A stretch of DNA of 64,000 nucleotides from Eledone cirrhosa (Eukaryota), in the NCBI GenBank assembly GCA_964016885.1, contig OZ024741.1, positions 288,796,001-288,860,000 of the forward strand, read 5' to 3'. How positions within the stretch are numbered: the first letter of the stretch is position 1; each line of letters starts with the position of its first letter. Below, piece after piece: positions 52,976 through 64,000 of the stretch. The notes under the pieces are model-generated. The model searched no databases. It was not told where the DNA came from and saw only the letters and a list, made by a program, of their open reading frames with translations. The translations under genes were made by a program, and so were the position numbers.

Positions 52976-53326
52976 GTGTGTGTCTGTGTATGCCTGTGTC
53001 TTTGTGTATGTCTGTGTATATGTGTGTGTCTGTGTATTCGTGTATGTGTCTGTGTATATGTATGTGTCTGTGTATATGTATGTGTGTGTCTGCGTATGTG
53101 TCTGTGTATATGTATGTGTGTGCCTGTGTATGTGTATGTGTATATGTATTTGTCTGTGTATATGTATGTGTGTGTCTGTGTATGTGTCTGTGTATATGTA
53201 TGTGTGTGCCTGTGTATGTGTATGTGTATATGTATGTGTCTGTGTATATGTATGTGTGTGTCTGTGTATGTGTATGTGTCTGTGTATATGTATGTGTCTG
53301 TGTATATGTATGTGTGTGTCTGTGTC

Positions 53327-53361
<35 letters not shown>

Positions 53362-53402
53362 ATGGGTCTGTGTATATGTATATGTCTGTATATATGTATG
53401 TA

Positions 53403-53437
<35 letters not shown>

Positions 53438-53665
53438 ATGTGTCTGTGTATGTGTCTGTGTCTTTGTGTATGTGTATGTGTCATTGTATGTGTATGTGTC
53501 ATTGTGTATGTAAGTGTCTGTGTCTTTGTATGTATGTGTCTTTGTGAGTCTGTGTCTTTGTGTGTGTATGTGTGTGTGTTTGAAGGAGTGTGTCTATGTA
53601 TAGATGTGCGTGTGTATCTGTGTGTCTTTGCATATATGTGAGTTTGTATGTATGTTTGTGTGTCG
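52763..53665. repeat. (TG/TA)-rich low-complexity tract
   Basis: Direct; continues at 53880-54340, then (GA)n at 54360-54580. Confidence 0.92.
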
Positions 53666-53681
53666 TTATATAAGTGAGTCT

Positions 53682-53870
53682 GGCGGTGGATTGGCAGTAT
53701 CGGTAGAGGTTCGGACGCCATGCTTTGACGCATAGAGTTACGGCCCTTGCCATTCTGAGTTCAAATCCCGCCGAGGTTAACTTTGCCTTTCATCCTTACG
53801 GGGTCGATAAAATAAAGTACCAGTAATGTACTGGGTAATTTTCTGGCCTTGTGCCAATAGTAGAAACAGT
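53682..53870 (+). mobile_element. tRNA-derived SINE, short variant, with target-site duplication
   Basis: A and B boxes and core; gttatataagtgagtctg occurs on both sides (53665-53682 and 53869-53886). Confidence 0.93.
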
Positions 53871-54515
53871 TATATAAGTGAGTCTGTGTATGTATGTGTT
53901 TTGAATGTGTGTGTCTCTGTATAAGTCTGTATGTGTATATATGTGCGTGTGTATATATGTATCTTTATATATATCTATCTTGAGTATGTATGTGGGTTTA
54001 TTATGTGTATCTTTGAATGTGTGTGTTTGTGTATGTATGTGTTTGTGTATGTATGTGTCTGTGTATGTACGTGTCTGTATATATATGTGTGTCTTTGAAT
54101 GTGTGTGTTTGTGTATGTATGTGTGTATATATGTGTGTATGTATGTGTGTAAATATGTGGGTTTATATATGTGAATCTTTGTATATGTATGTGTGTGTAT
54201 GTAAGTGATGTGTATGTATGTGTGGCTTTGTATGTGTGTCTCATAGTACCAATGTAGAGGTGTGATTTTGTGTGTGAGGTAATATGTGCGTGTGTGTATG
54301 TATGTGTGAGTCTACATTGCGGTGCATGTGTTTGTACAGACGTATTGAGAGTCACAAAGGGAGAGAGAAAGAGAGAGAGCGAGAGAGAGAGCGAGAGAGA
54401 GCGAGAGAGAGAGAAAGAGAAAGAGAGAGAGAAAGAGGGCGAGAGAGAGAGAGAGAGAGTGGTGAGAGAAAGAGAGAGTGTGTATGAGATGAGAGAGAAA
54501 AAGGGAGAGAGGGTG

Positions 54516-54551
<36 letters not shown>

Positions 54552-54898
54552 GAGAGAGAGAGAGGGAGAGAGAGAGAAATTTTGACAAAGTATACATTTT
54601 GATATCTGTGTGTATATATATATATGTGTATGTATGTGCGTACGTATGTAAGTATATATATATATAGGCGTGTATATATGTGTACGTGTGTGAGTTTATG
54701 TATAAGTGAGCAATTCGGCTCTTAATGACATGGGAGAGAGATTCGTATTGAAAGAGTGTGTTTATGAGAGAGACATAGAGTGAGTGAGTGAGAGAGAGAG
54801 AGTGGGTGAGAGAGAGGGAGAGAGAGGGTTAGAGGGAGAGAAACAGTGAGGTGCTGGAGTAGTAGTGAAAGTTAGTGTCGGAAGGAGGTAGAATAAAA

Positions 54899-54933
<35 letters not shown>

Positions 54934-55060
54934 ACGATATGTTTTTCCGGATATATATTTGATATGTTTGTCTATGTGTGTGCGTGTGTGTGTGTGTGAA
55001 TGAGTGTGTGAGTGTGTGTGTGCACGATATATTTTTCCGGATATATATTTGATATGTTTG

Positions 55061-55097
<37 letters not shown>

Positions 55098-55264
55098 ACG
55101 ATATATTTGTCTATGTGTGTGTGTGTATTTGACAATATCATAAACGGTATATTTTGCCAGAGAGGGTGAATTAGCGATAAATGTGTACGTGTGTTAGTCA
55201 ACAATATGATGGGGGAGAATACCATTGAGAAACAGTAAATACACATATACACATACACGTATAT

Positions 55265-55297
<33 letters not shown>

Positions 55298-55519
55298 GTA
55301 ATAATAATAACTTTGAAGACTAAAATCCTAAGAGGGCTCGATAAGGATAAATATATATCAAATATATAAGAACCATAGAGCAAATATTTATTAAAATAAC
55401 AGATTAAATTTTAAGCAAAGAATCGCTGTTTCACCCTTAACGGGATCTGATTTTTTTAGTTTCAGAAGGTCCCGTTAAGGGTGAAAGCAGCGATTCTTTG
55501 CTTAAACTTTAATCTGTTA

Positions 55520-55526
<7 letters not shown>
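55298..55526. mobile_element. CAGAAGA-family fold-back unit
   Basis: 55298-55447 matches 36815-36964; 55458-55526 is the inverted copy. Confidence 0.8.
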
Positions 55527-55597
<71 letters not shown>

Positions 55598-55598
<1 letters not shown>

Positions 55599-56403
55599 TC
55601 CAGCGGCTTCCCGCCTACATTAGTGATCCCCTCTGGCTTCTCAACATTCTCCACCAGATATTTTGTTTTAGTCTCATTCATTCTCAGCCCCACACTCATC
55701 GACACAGTCTCAACCTCCCGCATCAAATCATCTGCCTCCTTCACTGTATTTGTCACCAAAACTATGTCGTCGGCAAATTCAGCATCCGATACCTTTTTCG
55801 CCCTAACTCTCTTGGTTGAAGACTTCCTGTATTTGGGAGCAAAGATTGGGAATATGGAAGATGATGTGGTTGAGAGGAAGAGCAAGGCCTGGGCGGCGTG
55901 CCACAGCTTGAGATCGGTGTGGAGGTCGGACCTTCGTAGAGACCTGAAAATCCTCCTCTTCATTGCTGTAGTGGAGTCTGTGCTGCTGTATGGGTCTGAG
56001 ACTTGGACACTGACCAAGAAACTCACTCAGATGGTGGATGGGTGCTACACGAGAATGCTGAGGATGGCTCTGAACATTAATCAGTATACACTGAGGATGA
56101 AAAACTCAGAGCTGTATGGGAGCATCCCAAAAGTCAGCTCAAAAGTGACACAGAGGAGACTGAGGTTGGCTGGACATGCTCACCGACATCCAGAGTTGAC
56201 ATTGCACTCAGTGCTCCTTTGGGAGCCCCTACATGGACACACTAGAAGAGGAAGACCAAGGTTAACATATGTTGATGCCCTAAGGACAGACACTGGTCTG
56301 TTGGAGATGCAGGATATGGCAGCGATAATGAGGGACAGAGACCACTGGCGAGAACTCGTCCATGGATCTCGGGAATTTTACCCGCCTTAGAATAGAATAG
56401 AAT
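55598..56403 (+). mobile_element. 5'-truncated, 5'-inverted RTE/RTE-X-like LINE in (TA)n
   Basis: Minus piece 55598-55813 reads ...EFADDIVL...GLRMNETKTK...GGKPLE. Plus piece 55812-56390 reads LVEDFLYLG...VESVLLYGSETWTL...RGRPRLTY...*. Tail is (TAGAA)3. Confidence 0.9.
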
Positions 56404-56504
<101 letters not shown>

Positions 56505-56531
56505 TATATATATATAAATATATATATATAT

Positions 56532-56650
56532 ATCATCATCATTCTTCGACTACTGTCGAGATGATGGATCTCACTCTCTGCCCCAGAATTCCCTGTCCCC
56601 CATCGCTGCCCCCAGGTCCTGTCTACTGATTCCCGTATCCCTAGAGATCA
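56532..56650 (-). mobile_element. RTE-X-like extreme 3' fragment
   Basis: ISRDTGISRQDLGAAMGDREFW parallels [19 protein letters not shown] of the adjacent element; (TGA)n tail. Confidence 0.65.
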
Positions 56651-56952
56651 TTATGATCAGAAACAGGACCCGGGAAAGCAGGGGCTGGACCTATATCAAC
56701 AGGTATACCATATAGTGTGGTTCCCTGAGGAACAGGAACCCTGGTGCAGTTAGTTGCACATATATATATGAAAAATTCGGGACCCCGGCGGTTGAGCCCC
56801 GGCTGCTTCAACAGCTAGATCTGATGTAGCTGTTGAAACGGCCTGAGCTCAACCGTCCCGAATTTTTTATATTACTCACTCTACTACTCTAAGTATCAAG
56901 TACTCCGGTGTGTAATGCTGTAAGTGTCTTTTACCGCCTCCATTCTGATATG

Positions 56953-57014
<62 letters not shown>

Positions 57015-57018
<4 letters not shown>

Positions 57019-57193
57019 TTTTAATATAGAAATGGCTCATACAGGACTAAATCTGTTTCATTATTCAAAAGAAATCACCAGGAAAGCACAGTTCTAGTCC
57101 TGTAGAAGCCATGTCTAAATTGAACTTGATGTTTAAACTCTACTAAAGTATTGAGTACCTTACTAACTGTGGCTACCCTCAATTGAACCAGGG

Positions 57194-57198
<5 letters not shown>
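57015..57198. mobile_element. Fold-back unit of the 40573/60248 family, mutated core (CTGGTGA)
   Basis: Shares ttctagtcctgtagaagccat and the terminus gtaccttact..ctgtgg.tacc. Confidence 0.72.
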
Positions 57199-57259
<61 letters not shown>

Positions 57260-57385
57260 GTATATATACATACATATACATACATATATACATACATATA
57301 CATACATATATACATACATATACATACATATATACATACATATACATCATATATATACATATATATATATATACATACATATATA

Positions 57386-58061
57386 TATAAACAAGGTTTA
57401 GTAAATAATGAAAAAGTTTCAAAATAAATTTTAAAAAATTGTTTCATTATTTACTAAACCTTGTTTATATTTGTTCTAGCCCGTTAATTTATTAACCCGC
57501 CATTGAACCACACTGGCATTTGGTTGGACAATACATGCGTACCCTGGCGCCTTGTGCGTGAAGGAACGTATTTCATATTACTACTACCTCCACTAACGTT
57601 GAGAACAAATTTGGTCGTTCCGACTGCTGCTAGTAATAGCTGTGGCTAGTTTGACCTACCTCCTTTTGCCTCTACCTTTGCTACGGCCCTTGATAAACCT
57701 GTTCTACATCATCCACTCTCATCCCAGGAACAGTTTTTGATAGCGCTAGTTTGTGATTTAAATTCAGGAATTTTATATTCTTTGAATGAAAAGAACCTTC
57801 TGACGAGAATCTTTCTTTGCAACGAAGGCCGTATGGTCTCCGTTTTATTTTTGGGATTCGAAACCGATCGGTAAAGGTAACTATAGTAGGTAAAGTCAAT
57901 TTTTTAAAATTTATTTTGAAACTTTTTCATTATTTACTAAACCTTGTTTATATTTGTTCTGGCCCGTTAATTTATTAACCCGCCATTGAACCACACTGGC
58001 ATTTGGTTGGACAATACATGCGTACCCTGGCGCCTTGTGCGTGAAGGAACGTATTTCATAT

Positions 58062-58064
<3 letters not shown>
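57386..58064 (+). mobile_element. Retrozyme-like 483-bp non-coding monomer with 140-bp terminal redundancy and a short inverted 5' piece
   Basis: 57442-57581 equals 57925-58064 (one mismatch seen). 57386-57441 is the reverse complement of 57897-57952. (TA)n flanks. Confidence 0.85.
57795..57878 (+). ncRNA. Intact type I hammerhead ribozyme
   Basis: ACCTT-CTGACGA-GAATCTT...GGGATTC-GAAAC-CGATCG-GTA^AAGGT; palindromic ACCGATCGGT; predicted cut after 57873. Confidence 0.85.
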
Positions 58065-58104
<40 letters not shown>

Positions 58105-58107
<3 letters not shown>

Positions 58108-58516
58108 AATAAAGATTCAGCGAGAATCGCATTTCGGCGGGCAGGAAAAGCGAAGCGAAACGCAAAAATCAGAAATGATACTGGCAAAGTGCTCAATAGT
58201 TAAAAACCAGAGCTAAACAATGTGTTAAGAAGCCATACAAAACTGAAAAGGTGGTCAAGAAGGCATTAACCACCCAAGCCAAAAACCAAATCAAGCTAAA
58301 CAAGTCAAAACAAAATATAAAATAAATGATAGCCAGACCTGGACTCCCGGAATTGCTGTTAAAAGCCGATGTAGACTTTCTGTGACACCTAAATCAAAAT
58401 ACAGTCTGCTTAAAAATATAAGCTTTGGGTATAATGATCGAACAAGGAATATCACATTATGAACAGGTATTTCGCTCTGTACCAAATAAGTGAATGACAC
58501 GGTGGTAAGTTAAACC
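58105..58516. repeat. (TA)n-flanked interspersed repeat, unclassified
   Basis: The first ~170 bp are the reverse complement of 14878-15050. Confidence 0.65.
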
Positions 58517-58673
<157 letters not shown>

Positions 58674-59139
58674 TAAGAAGGGATTTTCGAAGAGGAAAGT
58701 AAAAGAAATAATATACTCAGCACATTAGTAAAGAGGTTACACATTTAATTCATATACAAGTGACTTGTAATGTACCGATATGTATTTAAATATTCTGTAT
58801 GTAAGATGATCATGCAGCTCATACACACAATAACATTCCACTTAACCTAGGTAAGAGAATCTGCACAATTGTTTCATACACAACAACAAGAGGTCACACG
58901 CCAGAGGAGATGAAAGATATACTCATCAAGAGAAAATACCCTCTAAATCTAATCAACGATAGCATTCAAAAAGCAAAAAAATATTAATATTGAAGTCCTC
59001 TGAGAACAAAACCAAAATAAGCAAAACCTATCATACCAGACATCTCAACCTTCAACACAAATATCTACACATAAATACAACTAAACCTATCTAGACTACA
59101 AAAAGACTAAAAAAAAATGAAAAACCTCTTACAAAAATA

Positions 59140-59330
59140 TCGGTGGATTGGCAGTATCGGTAGAGGGCTCTGACGACATGCTTTGCAGCAACTAGTTATG
59201 ACCCTTTATGGTCTGAGTTCAAATCCCACCGAGGTTAACTTTGCCTTTCATCCTTACGGGGTCGATAAAATAAAGTACCAGTTATGCACTGAGTATCTTC
59301 TGGCCTTGTGCCAAAAGTAGAAACAATTAT
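59140..59330 (+). mobile_element. tRNA-derived SINE, short variant
   Basis: A and B boxes, core, tail. Confidence 0.9.
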
Positions 59331-59534
59331 TAAGAGTAAACGACAGACGAAATGATTAAAAAAATATTGAAAAGAGCAGAGCTGTAAACCACAATTAAAG
59401 AACCTCACGTGAAAAGATGCAACCGACCTCATTGCAGAATGTGCAACTATCTATTGGAAGGCCATGAATTTCACTTCAAAAACTGACCCATCAAAATTAG
59501 TAATAACCTCTTGCACGTCAGAAAACTTAATTTA

Positions 59535-59703
59535 CCGTATTTCCCGGCGTCGAAGACGCTACTTTTTTCCTAAAATAAGTCTAAAAAATCTACCATGCGT
59601 TTTGGAGGCCGAAGGTTGTTTATTATTTTTTTTTCAAATTTTTGGTTGTCAAAATTAGGGTGCGTCCTCGAGGACGAAGCGTCTTCGGCGCCGGGAAATA
59701 CGG
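59535..59703. mobile_element. Tc2/pogo-type MITE
   Basis: 25-bp TIRs CCGTATTTCCCGGCGTCGAAGACGC / GCGTCTTCGGCGCCGGGAAATACGG with TA duplication. Confidence 0.9.
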
Positions 59704-60155
59704 TATGTCATACTGCTGCGATTGCCACGAACATTATGTAGGATAGACGGGGCTGACACTCCAACAAAGAATGACAATCAGAAAGATCCCTCTAAGCAAA
59801 CATATAGAAGAATGTTGAGGCAAAACTCTGCCAAACTTCGATGTTTTCCCATTGTACCAAAGTAGTTATGAAGCCACAGAAGAAGGTCGAATTAATAAAG
59901 AGAAAAACCTTTATCGGAAACTTCAAACCAATTTTGAACTCACTTGCATCATACTTTTTCAAAAGCGACAACGAAAAAATCAGTTGCATCCCTTAATTTA
60001 GCAGGGTCAGAAGCGACCCAAACCAGTATAGTCCAGAATCAGCATACAGGACATTTAAGGATAAATCAATTTAACCTAATAACAACCGTTTTGATAATCC
60101 AAAACGTAGAAAATAGGCTTTGCTAACATCAATTTTTATACATGTTATAAAGATC

Positions 60156-60197
<42 letters not shown>

Positions 60198-60247
60198 TTG
60201 TGCTTTTCAAACCCTCTTTTTTTTATCAATTTCCTTATATATATATA

Positions 60248-60450
60248 TAAGTTTATCCCGGGTTCAATCGGGGGTAACCACAGTAAGTAAGGTACTCAAT
60301 ACCTAACAGAGTATAAATAGTTAATATATTTAATATATATTTAATATAGAAATGGCTTCTACGCGACTAGAACTGTTTCATTCGGGAGAAATCATCAGGA
60401 TGATTTCTCCCGAATGATATAGTTCTAGTCCCGTAGAAGCCATTTCTATA
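60248..60450. mobile_element. Fold-back unit with truncated hammerhead (40573 family)
   Basis: Palindrome 60345-60450 centred on tcatcaggatga; left part matches 40573-40675. Confidence 0.8.
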
Positions 60451-60533
<83 letters not shown>

Positions 60534-61019
60534 AGTGTGTGTGTGTTAGTATTTGTGTGTTTGACAATGTACGTTCCAACTTGAATGATCATAACAAAAG
60601 TCGATCACTATAAATAATAGTTGACAAAACTACTTAAAGTACACCTGGAGATGGAGGGAAGTGGACAGGTGAGACATGTCTGTCCACTTTGGTTCTCTCA
60701 TTAACACGAGGTTGTTATATGTGTTTGTGAGTAACAATGTAAATGAAAGTACACCGTCGTTTGATCCATGCAGGCATCTGTGAAGTAAGCATTGTAAACC
60801 TGAGTTAGTGATTAAGTACTGAGCATCAGAGGCATCCACTTAGATACATGTGTGAAATTGGTGTATGCTTTTATTGATGTAGTTATGCATACATACATGT
60901 ACATGCTCTCACATGCATGCACGGACACACACACAGATGCAAACACACATTCCCAATCACATCTAACGTACATTGGCATTCAAGGACGATATGTTAATCT
61001 CTCTCTCTCTCTCTCTCTT

Positions 61020-61097
<78 letters not shown>

Positions 61098-61488
61098 CAG
61101 GAAAGAAGGTTGACATGGTTTGCTATACAAAAAAGGTTTTTAATCTCATAGCTGACAATTGTTTCTCTGAACTGGTAGGTCTAGAGATCGCTATTCGCTT
61201 ATTTTCACGTTACTCGATCGCCAATACAAAATTATAACCAGTCAGATCTTATAAATATGTGTATCTATCTATCTATCTATCTATCTTGATAGAGTAAGAC
61301 ACGCTTCACATCGGCTCCGCTATTCCATCGGGATTTACCCTTACTATTGTAAGTACCGGATAAATTTTTCAGTGCAACACATTTGGAACACTAACCCCTG
61401 TTATTTAGGGAAACATTTTTGCATTTACCCCCTTTTTAGGGGGTAAAATAAATATCTATTTTTGCCGAAAAATTTCTTTCTTGGCAGC

Positions 61489-63327
61489 ATGGCGGAAAAG
61501 ATGGCAGACATGTCTGCCATTAGCTCTGCCACGCCCCCCAAGTCTGAAGAACAAAAAATAATTACAACAAAATTAGACAATGAAACAAACAAAGAAAATG
61601 AAAAAACAAATGTTAAGGAAAATGAGCAAACGGAAAACAAACAAACAGAAAATAATACAAATAACAACAGGGCAACTTTCGCCCAGAAAACAAAACAATC
61701 CATTACATACACACCAATTGACCTAACTGCCGCCAGAGAAAAACTGGCCGAAGCAAAGAAACACATTGTTTTGGGGGAGAACGGAATGTTTTCCATTAAC
61801 TCCCTCCCAGAATTCAAGAAAGAAAGAACAGAGAACACAGTTCTCTTCAGAACTATACTGAACCAGACAAGAAAGCCAGCACAGCCCAGCCAAATGGAAA
61901 TAGAGTTAGTCCTAAAAGACTATATGAAGAATATTCTCTTCATACGAAAGGACCGACTCTATGGCAGCATTTCGGTCCTAACAAGAGACAAAGAAACGGC
62001 GGAGAAGCTTTCCCTAAGCCCACTCTCATCGACAACATACAGCTTCTATCCCTCCTACATGGGTAGAAGAACACAGAGAGTAAAAGTAAAAACAATGCTG
62101 CCCACAATGGACTTCTGGTGGGCTATTGCTGGCTTCATAGACATGGGCGAAGACACAATGCTGTCAATGGGGAAGGCAACTGGAGATGCGTTCCTGGGAA
62201 TGGGCCTCGACATACTAGTCCAAATGAGGCCCGAAAGAATAGCACAAATCCCGGATCGCATCTGGCTGGATGACCTTACCCCAATAGACATAATTGTAGA
62301 GGGGAGAAGACCAGCATGCTATTTATGCATGGAAAGGGGACACGTTAAGGCTAACTGCCCGAAACGTATCCCCCAAAAAGGACTATTGCCCACACCCACC
62401 ACAAACAGTACACCAACACCACCCACCTCCAAAAATACACTAATACCACACACAGCAAACAAAATACAGACACCACCAACCACAAACACAACACAAACAT
62501 CACCACCACCAGCACCAAACACAAGCACGACACAAAAATCACCACCACCAACCACAACACAAACATCACCATCACCAACCACAAGCACGACACAAACATT
62601 ACCACCACCACCACCACCACAAAACCCATTCCAAACAAATAAAAAAAAAACAGTAACAAATCTACCCCTCCCGCAAAAAAAAAAACAACCACACAACACG
62701 TCCCTCCCACCTAGCGCTGAAGAGTTTCCCCCAACTTCTGAAGAAGAAGGAGGAGAAGCCTTCAGACAAGTTAAAAGAAAAAAAAGAAAACACACACCCA
62801 GCACACCACAAATAACCCGCACACAAACACCAACTCCAATCAAAAACACCCCACCCTCAACAAACAAAAATAAATCTGCGCCTCCCCTCTCCGAAACATT
62901 GACAGCATCACAAAAAAAGACGTTGCAATACACATATATAAATAAAGAAAACAAAAAACTGGTTAAATTAATAAACAATAACCCTATGGTGCAGACCGAA
63001 GGGCCAAACTTTATCTCAACAGAGAATTTCACCCATTTAAAAATGATAAAGGTCCCTCTGGACCTTTATCGTTCCTTAAAAGAACAATTTAGACGGGACG
63101 TGAGCCCCCCCCCCCCCTGTTTAAAACCGTTGAATCGCGTCCTCTTGAAAGATTTCCCCATAACCGCCCCTCTCCCTGACACAACTCCAAATACCCCAAC
63201 CCCACCACACACGTGTACCCCCACACCACCACAAAACATCCCTCCACCCAACACACCTGATGCCATGGAAATTACGCAACCCGGAGAGGTAAGTGCTTTT
63301 CTTTCTTCACTTTCAACACCAAAATAG
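61489..63327 (+). CDS. LINE ORF1 with zinc knuckle (first ATG at 61489)
   Basis: CYLCMERGHVKANC; homologous to 6570-8480. Confidence 0.88.
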   Translation: MAEKMADMSAISSATPPKSEEQKIITTKLDNETNKENEKTNVKENEQTENKQTENNTNNNRATFAQKTKQSITYTPIDLTAAREKLAEAKKHIVLGENGMFSINSLPEFKKERTENTVLFRTILNQTRKPAQPSQMEIELVLKDYMKNILFIRKDRLYGSISVLTRDKETAEKLSLSPLSSTTYSFYPSYMGRRTQRVKVKTMLPTMDFWWAIAGFIDMGEDTMLSMGKATGDAFLGMGLDILVQMRPERIAQIPDRIWLDDLTPIDIIVEGRRPACYLCMERGHVKANCPKRIPQKGLLPTPTTNSTPTPPTSKNTLIPHTANKIQTPPTTNTTQTSPPPAPNTSTTQKSPPPTTTQTSPSPTTSTTQTLPPPPPPQNPFQTNKKKTVTNLPLPQKKKQPHNTSLPPSAEEFPPTSEEEGGEAFRQVKRKKRKHTPSTPQITRTQTPTPIKNTPPSTNKNKSAPPLSETLTASQKKTLQYTYINKENKKLVKLINNNPMVQTEGPNFISTENFTHLKMIKVPLDLYRSLKEQFRRDVSPPPPCLKPLNRVLLKDFPITAPLPDTTPNTPTPPHTCTPTPPQNIPPPNTPDAMEITQPGEVSAFLSSLSTPK

Positions 63328-63332
63328 ATCAA

Positions 63333-64000
63333 TTGAGAGTTGGCTGTTTGAACGCGCGTGGCCTGGGCTCAGCTTGGAAGCAAGCAAAGCTTCTAAGTGA
63401 CCTCAGGTCACAAAGTATAGATGTGATGGTTGTTTGCGAGAGTCGGATCAGCAGCGTGAGACAGCTGGCGCCCGCCTTCGATGACTTTGAGATGCACGCA
63501 TCTCTCTGTCAACCCGGAGGCGGGGGGGGGGGGGGGTGCCGTACTGCTGGATAAACGTCTGACTCTCGACGTACAGATTGTTCACTCGGACCCGGGGGGT
63601 CGATTACTGGTGCTGGACGTCGGAGGCGGTGAAGGCGGGGCTTTCAGACTGGTCGGTCTTTATGCTCCCTTCGGGGCGGAAAGAGCCGACTTCTTCCAGC
63701 GTCTGGAGACTTTTCTAGGAACGTCGCGTTCCCTGCTTTTAGTGGGGGACTGGAATGGAATCCTAGATGCGCGTTGGGACTATGCAGGGGCATGTCCCGA
63801 TAGAGGGGGGTGTAGCAGCCTCAAGGGGTTACTCGATCGATTCGACCTGGTCGATAGATTTCGACTAGATTGTCCAACTGCGCCAACCTGAACCTGGGCA
63901 AACCGCAGTGGACAATCTAGATCGTACCTAGATAGGTTTTTGGTTAGAAGTAAGGATAGGGACGTATTTAGTTGTCCAGAACTGATCATGGTTGGCTATT
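63333..64000 (+). pseudogene. Disrupted ORF2 endonuclease domain
   Basis: CLNARGLGSAWKQ, LYAP, GDWNGILDARWD. No ATG; frameshift in the poly-G run (63522-63536); TGA at 63889 where the paralog has Trp. Confidence 0.85.

Larger units (their letters stand above)
58740..59945 (+). pseudogene. Decayed Penelope-like element (RT thumb to GIY-YIG) interrupted by a SINE and a MITE
   Basis: NIPLNLGKRICTIVS, RKYPLNLINDSIQKAK, TCTSENLIY|VI..CCDCHEHYVG*TG, FIGNFKPILN. Confidence 0.75.
61287..64000 (+). mobile_element. Second Tx1/L1-clade LINE, 5' part; runs off the window
   Basis: Starts after (TATC)n; ORF1 followed by an APE domain homologous to the element at 2862-8696. Confidence 0.88.

Noticed and set aside
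56820-56865. CTGATGT...GAAAC apparent full hammerhead
   Set aside because: CTGATGT spans the inversion centre, with no stem II or stem I pairing; only the 3' half is genuine.
61150-61260. Minus-strand GAAAC-AATT-GTC with a long upstream stem
   Set aside because: Core heptamer missing or truncated; counted only as a half ribozyme.
63522-63536. Programmed frameshift at the poly-G run
   Set aside because: The paralog reads through GGGVAV in frame, and this copy also has a premature stop. A homopolymer indel or sequencing error is more likely.

Overview
AT-rich, microsatellite-laden animal genomic DNA. It looks like an octopus/cephalopod intergenic or intronic region; that is my inference from composition and the SINE family. 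I cannot support any host exon, and nearly all long track ORFs are artefacts of (TA)n, (CA)n, (TATG)n and (GGT/CAC)n repeats. Non-LTR retrotransposons: an apparently intact full-length Tx1/L1-clade LINE (2862-8696, -), a second disrupted Tx1-like LINE running off the right edge (~61287-64000, +), a frameshifted R4/Dong-clade element inside (CATA)n, and further R4, CRE, RTE and Penelope fragments. Other mobile DNA: about 16 copies of one tRNA-derived SINE, two non-autonomous Helitron copies and two Tc2/pogo-type MITEs. The most striking signal is non-coding. More than a dozen short units, nearly all bounded by (TA)n and often folded back as inverted repeats, carry type I hammerhead ribozymes from about nine unrelated sequence families. 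Two are tandem, terminally redundant monomers (315 bp and 483 bp) resembling retrozymes or circular-RNA-forming non-autonomous Penelope derivatives. Two families have atypical cores (U3-A8; CAGAAGA). All structures were read by eye; nothing was computed or searched.
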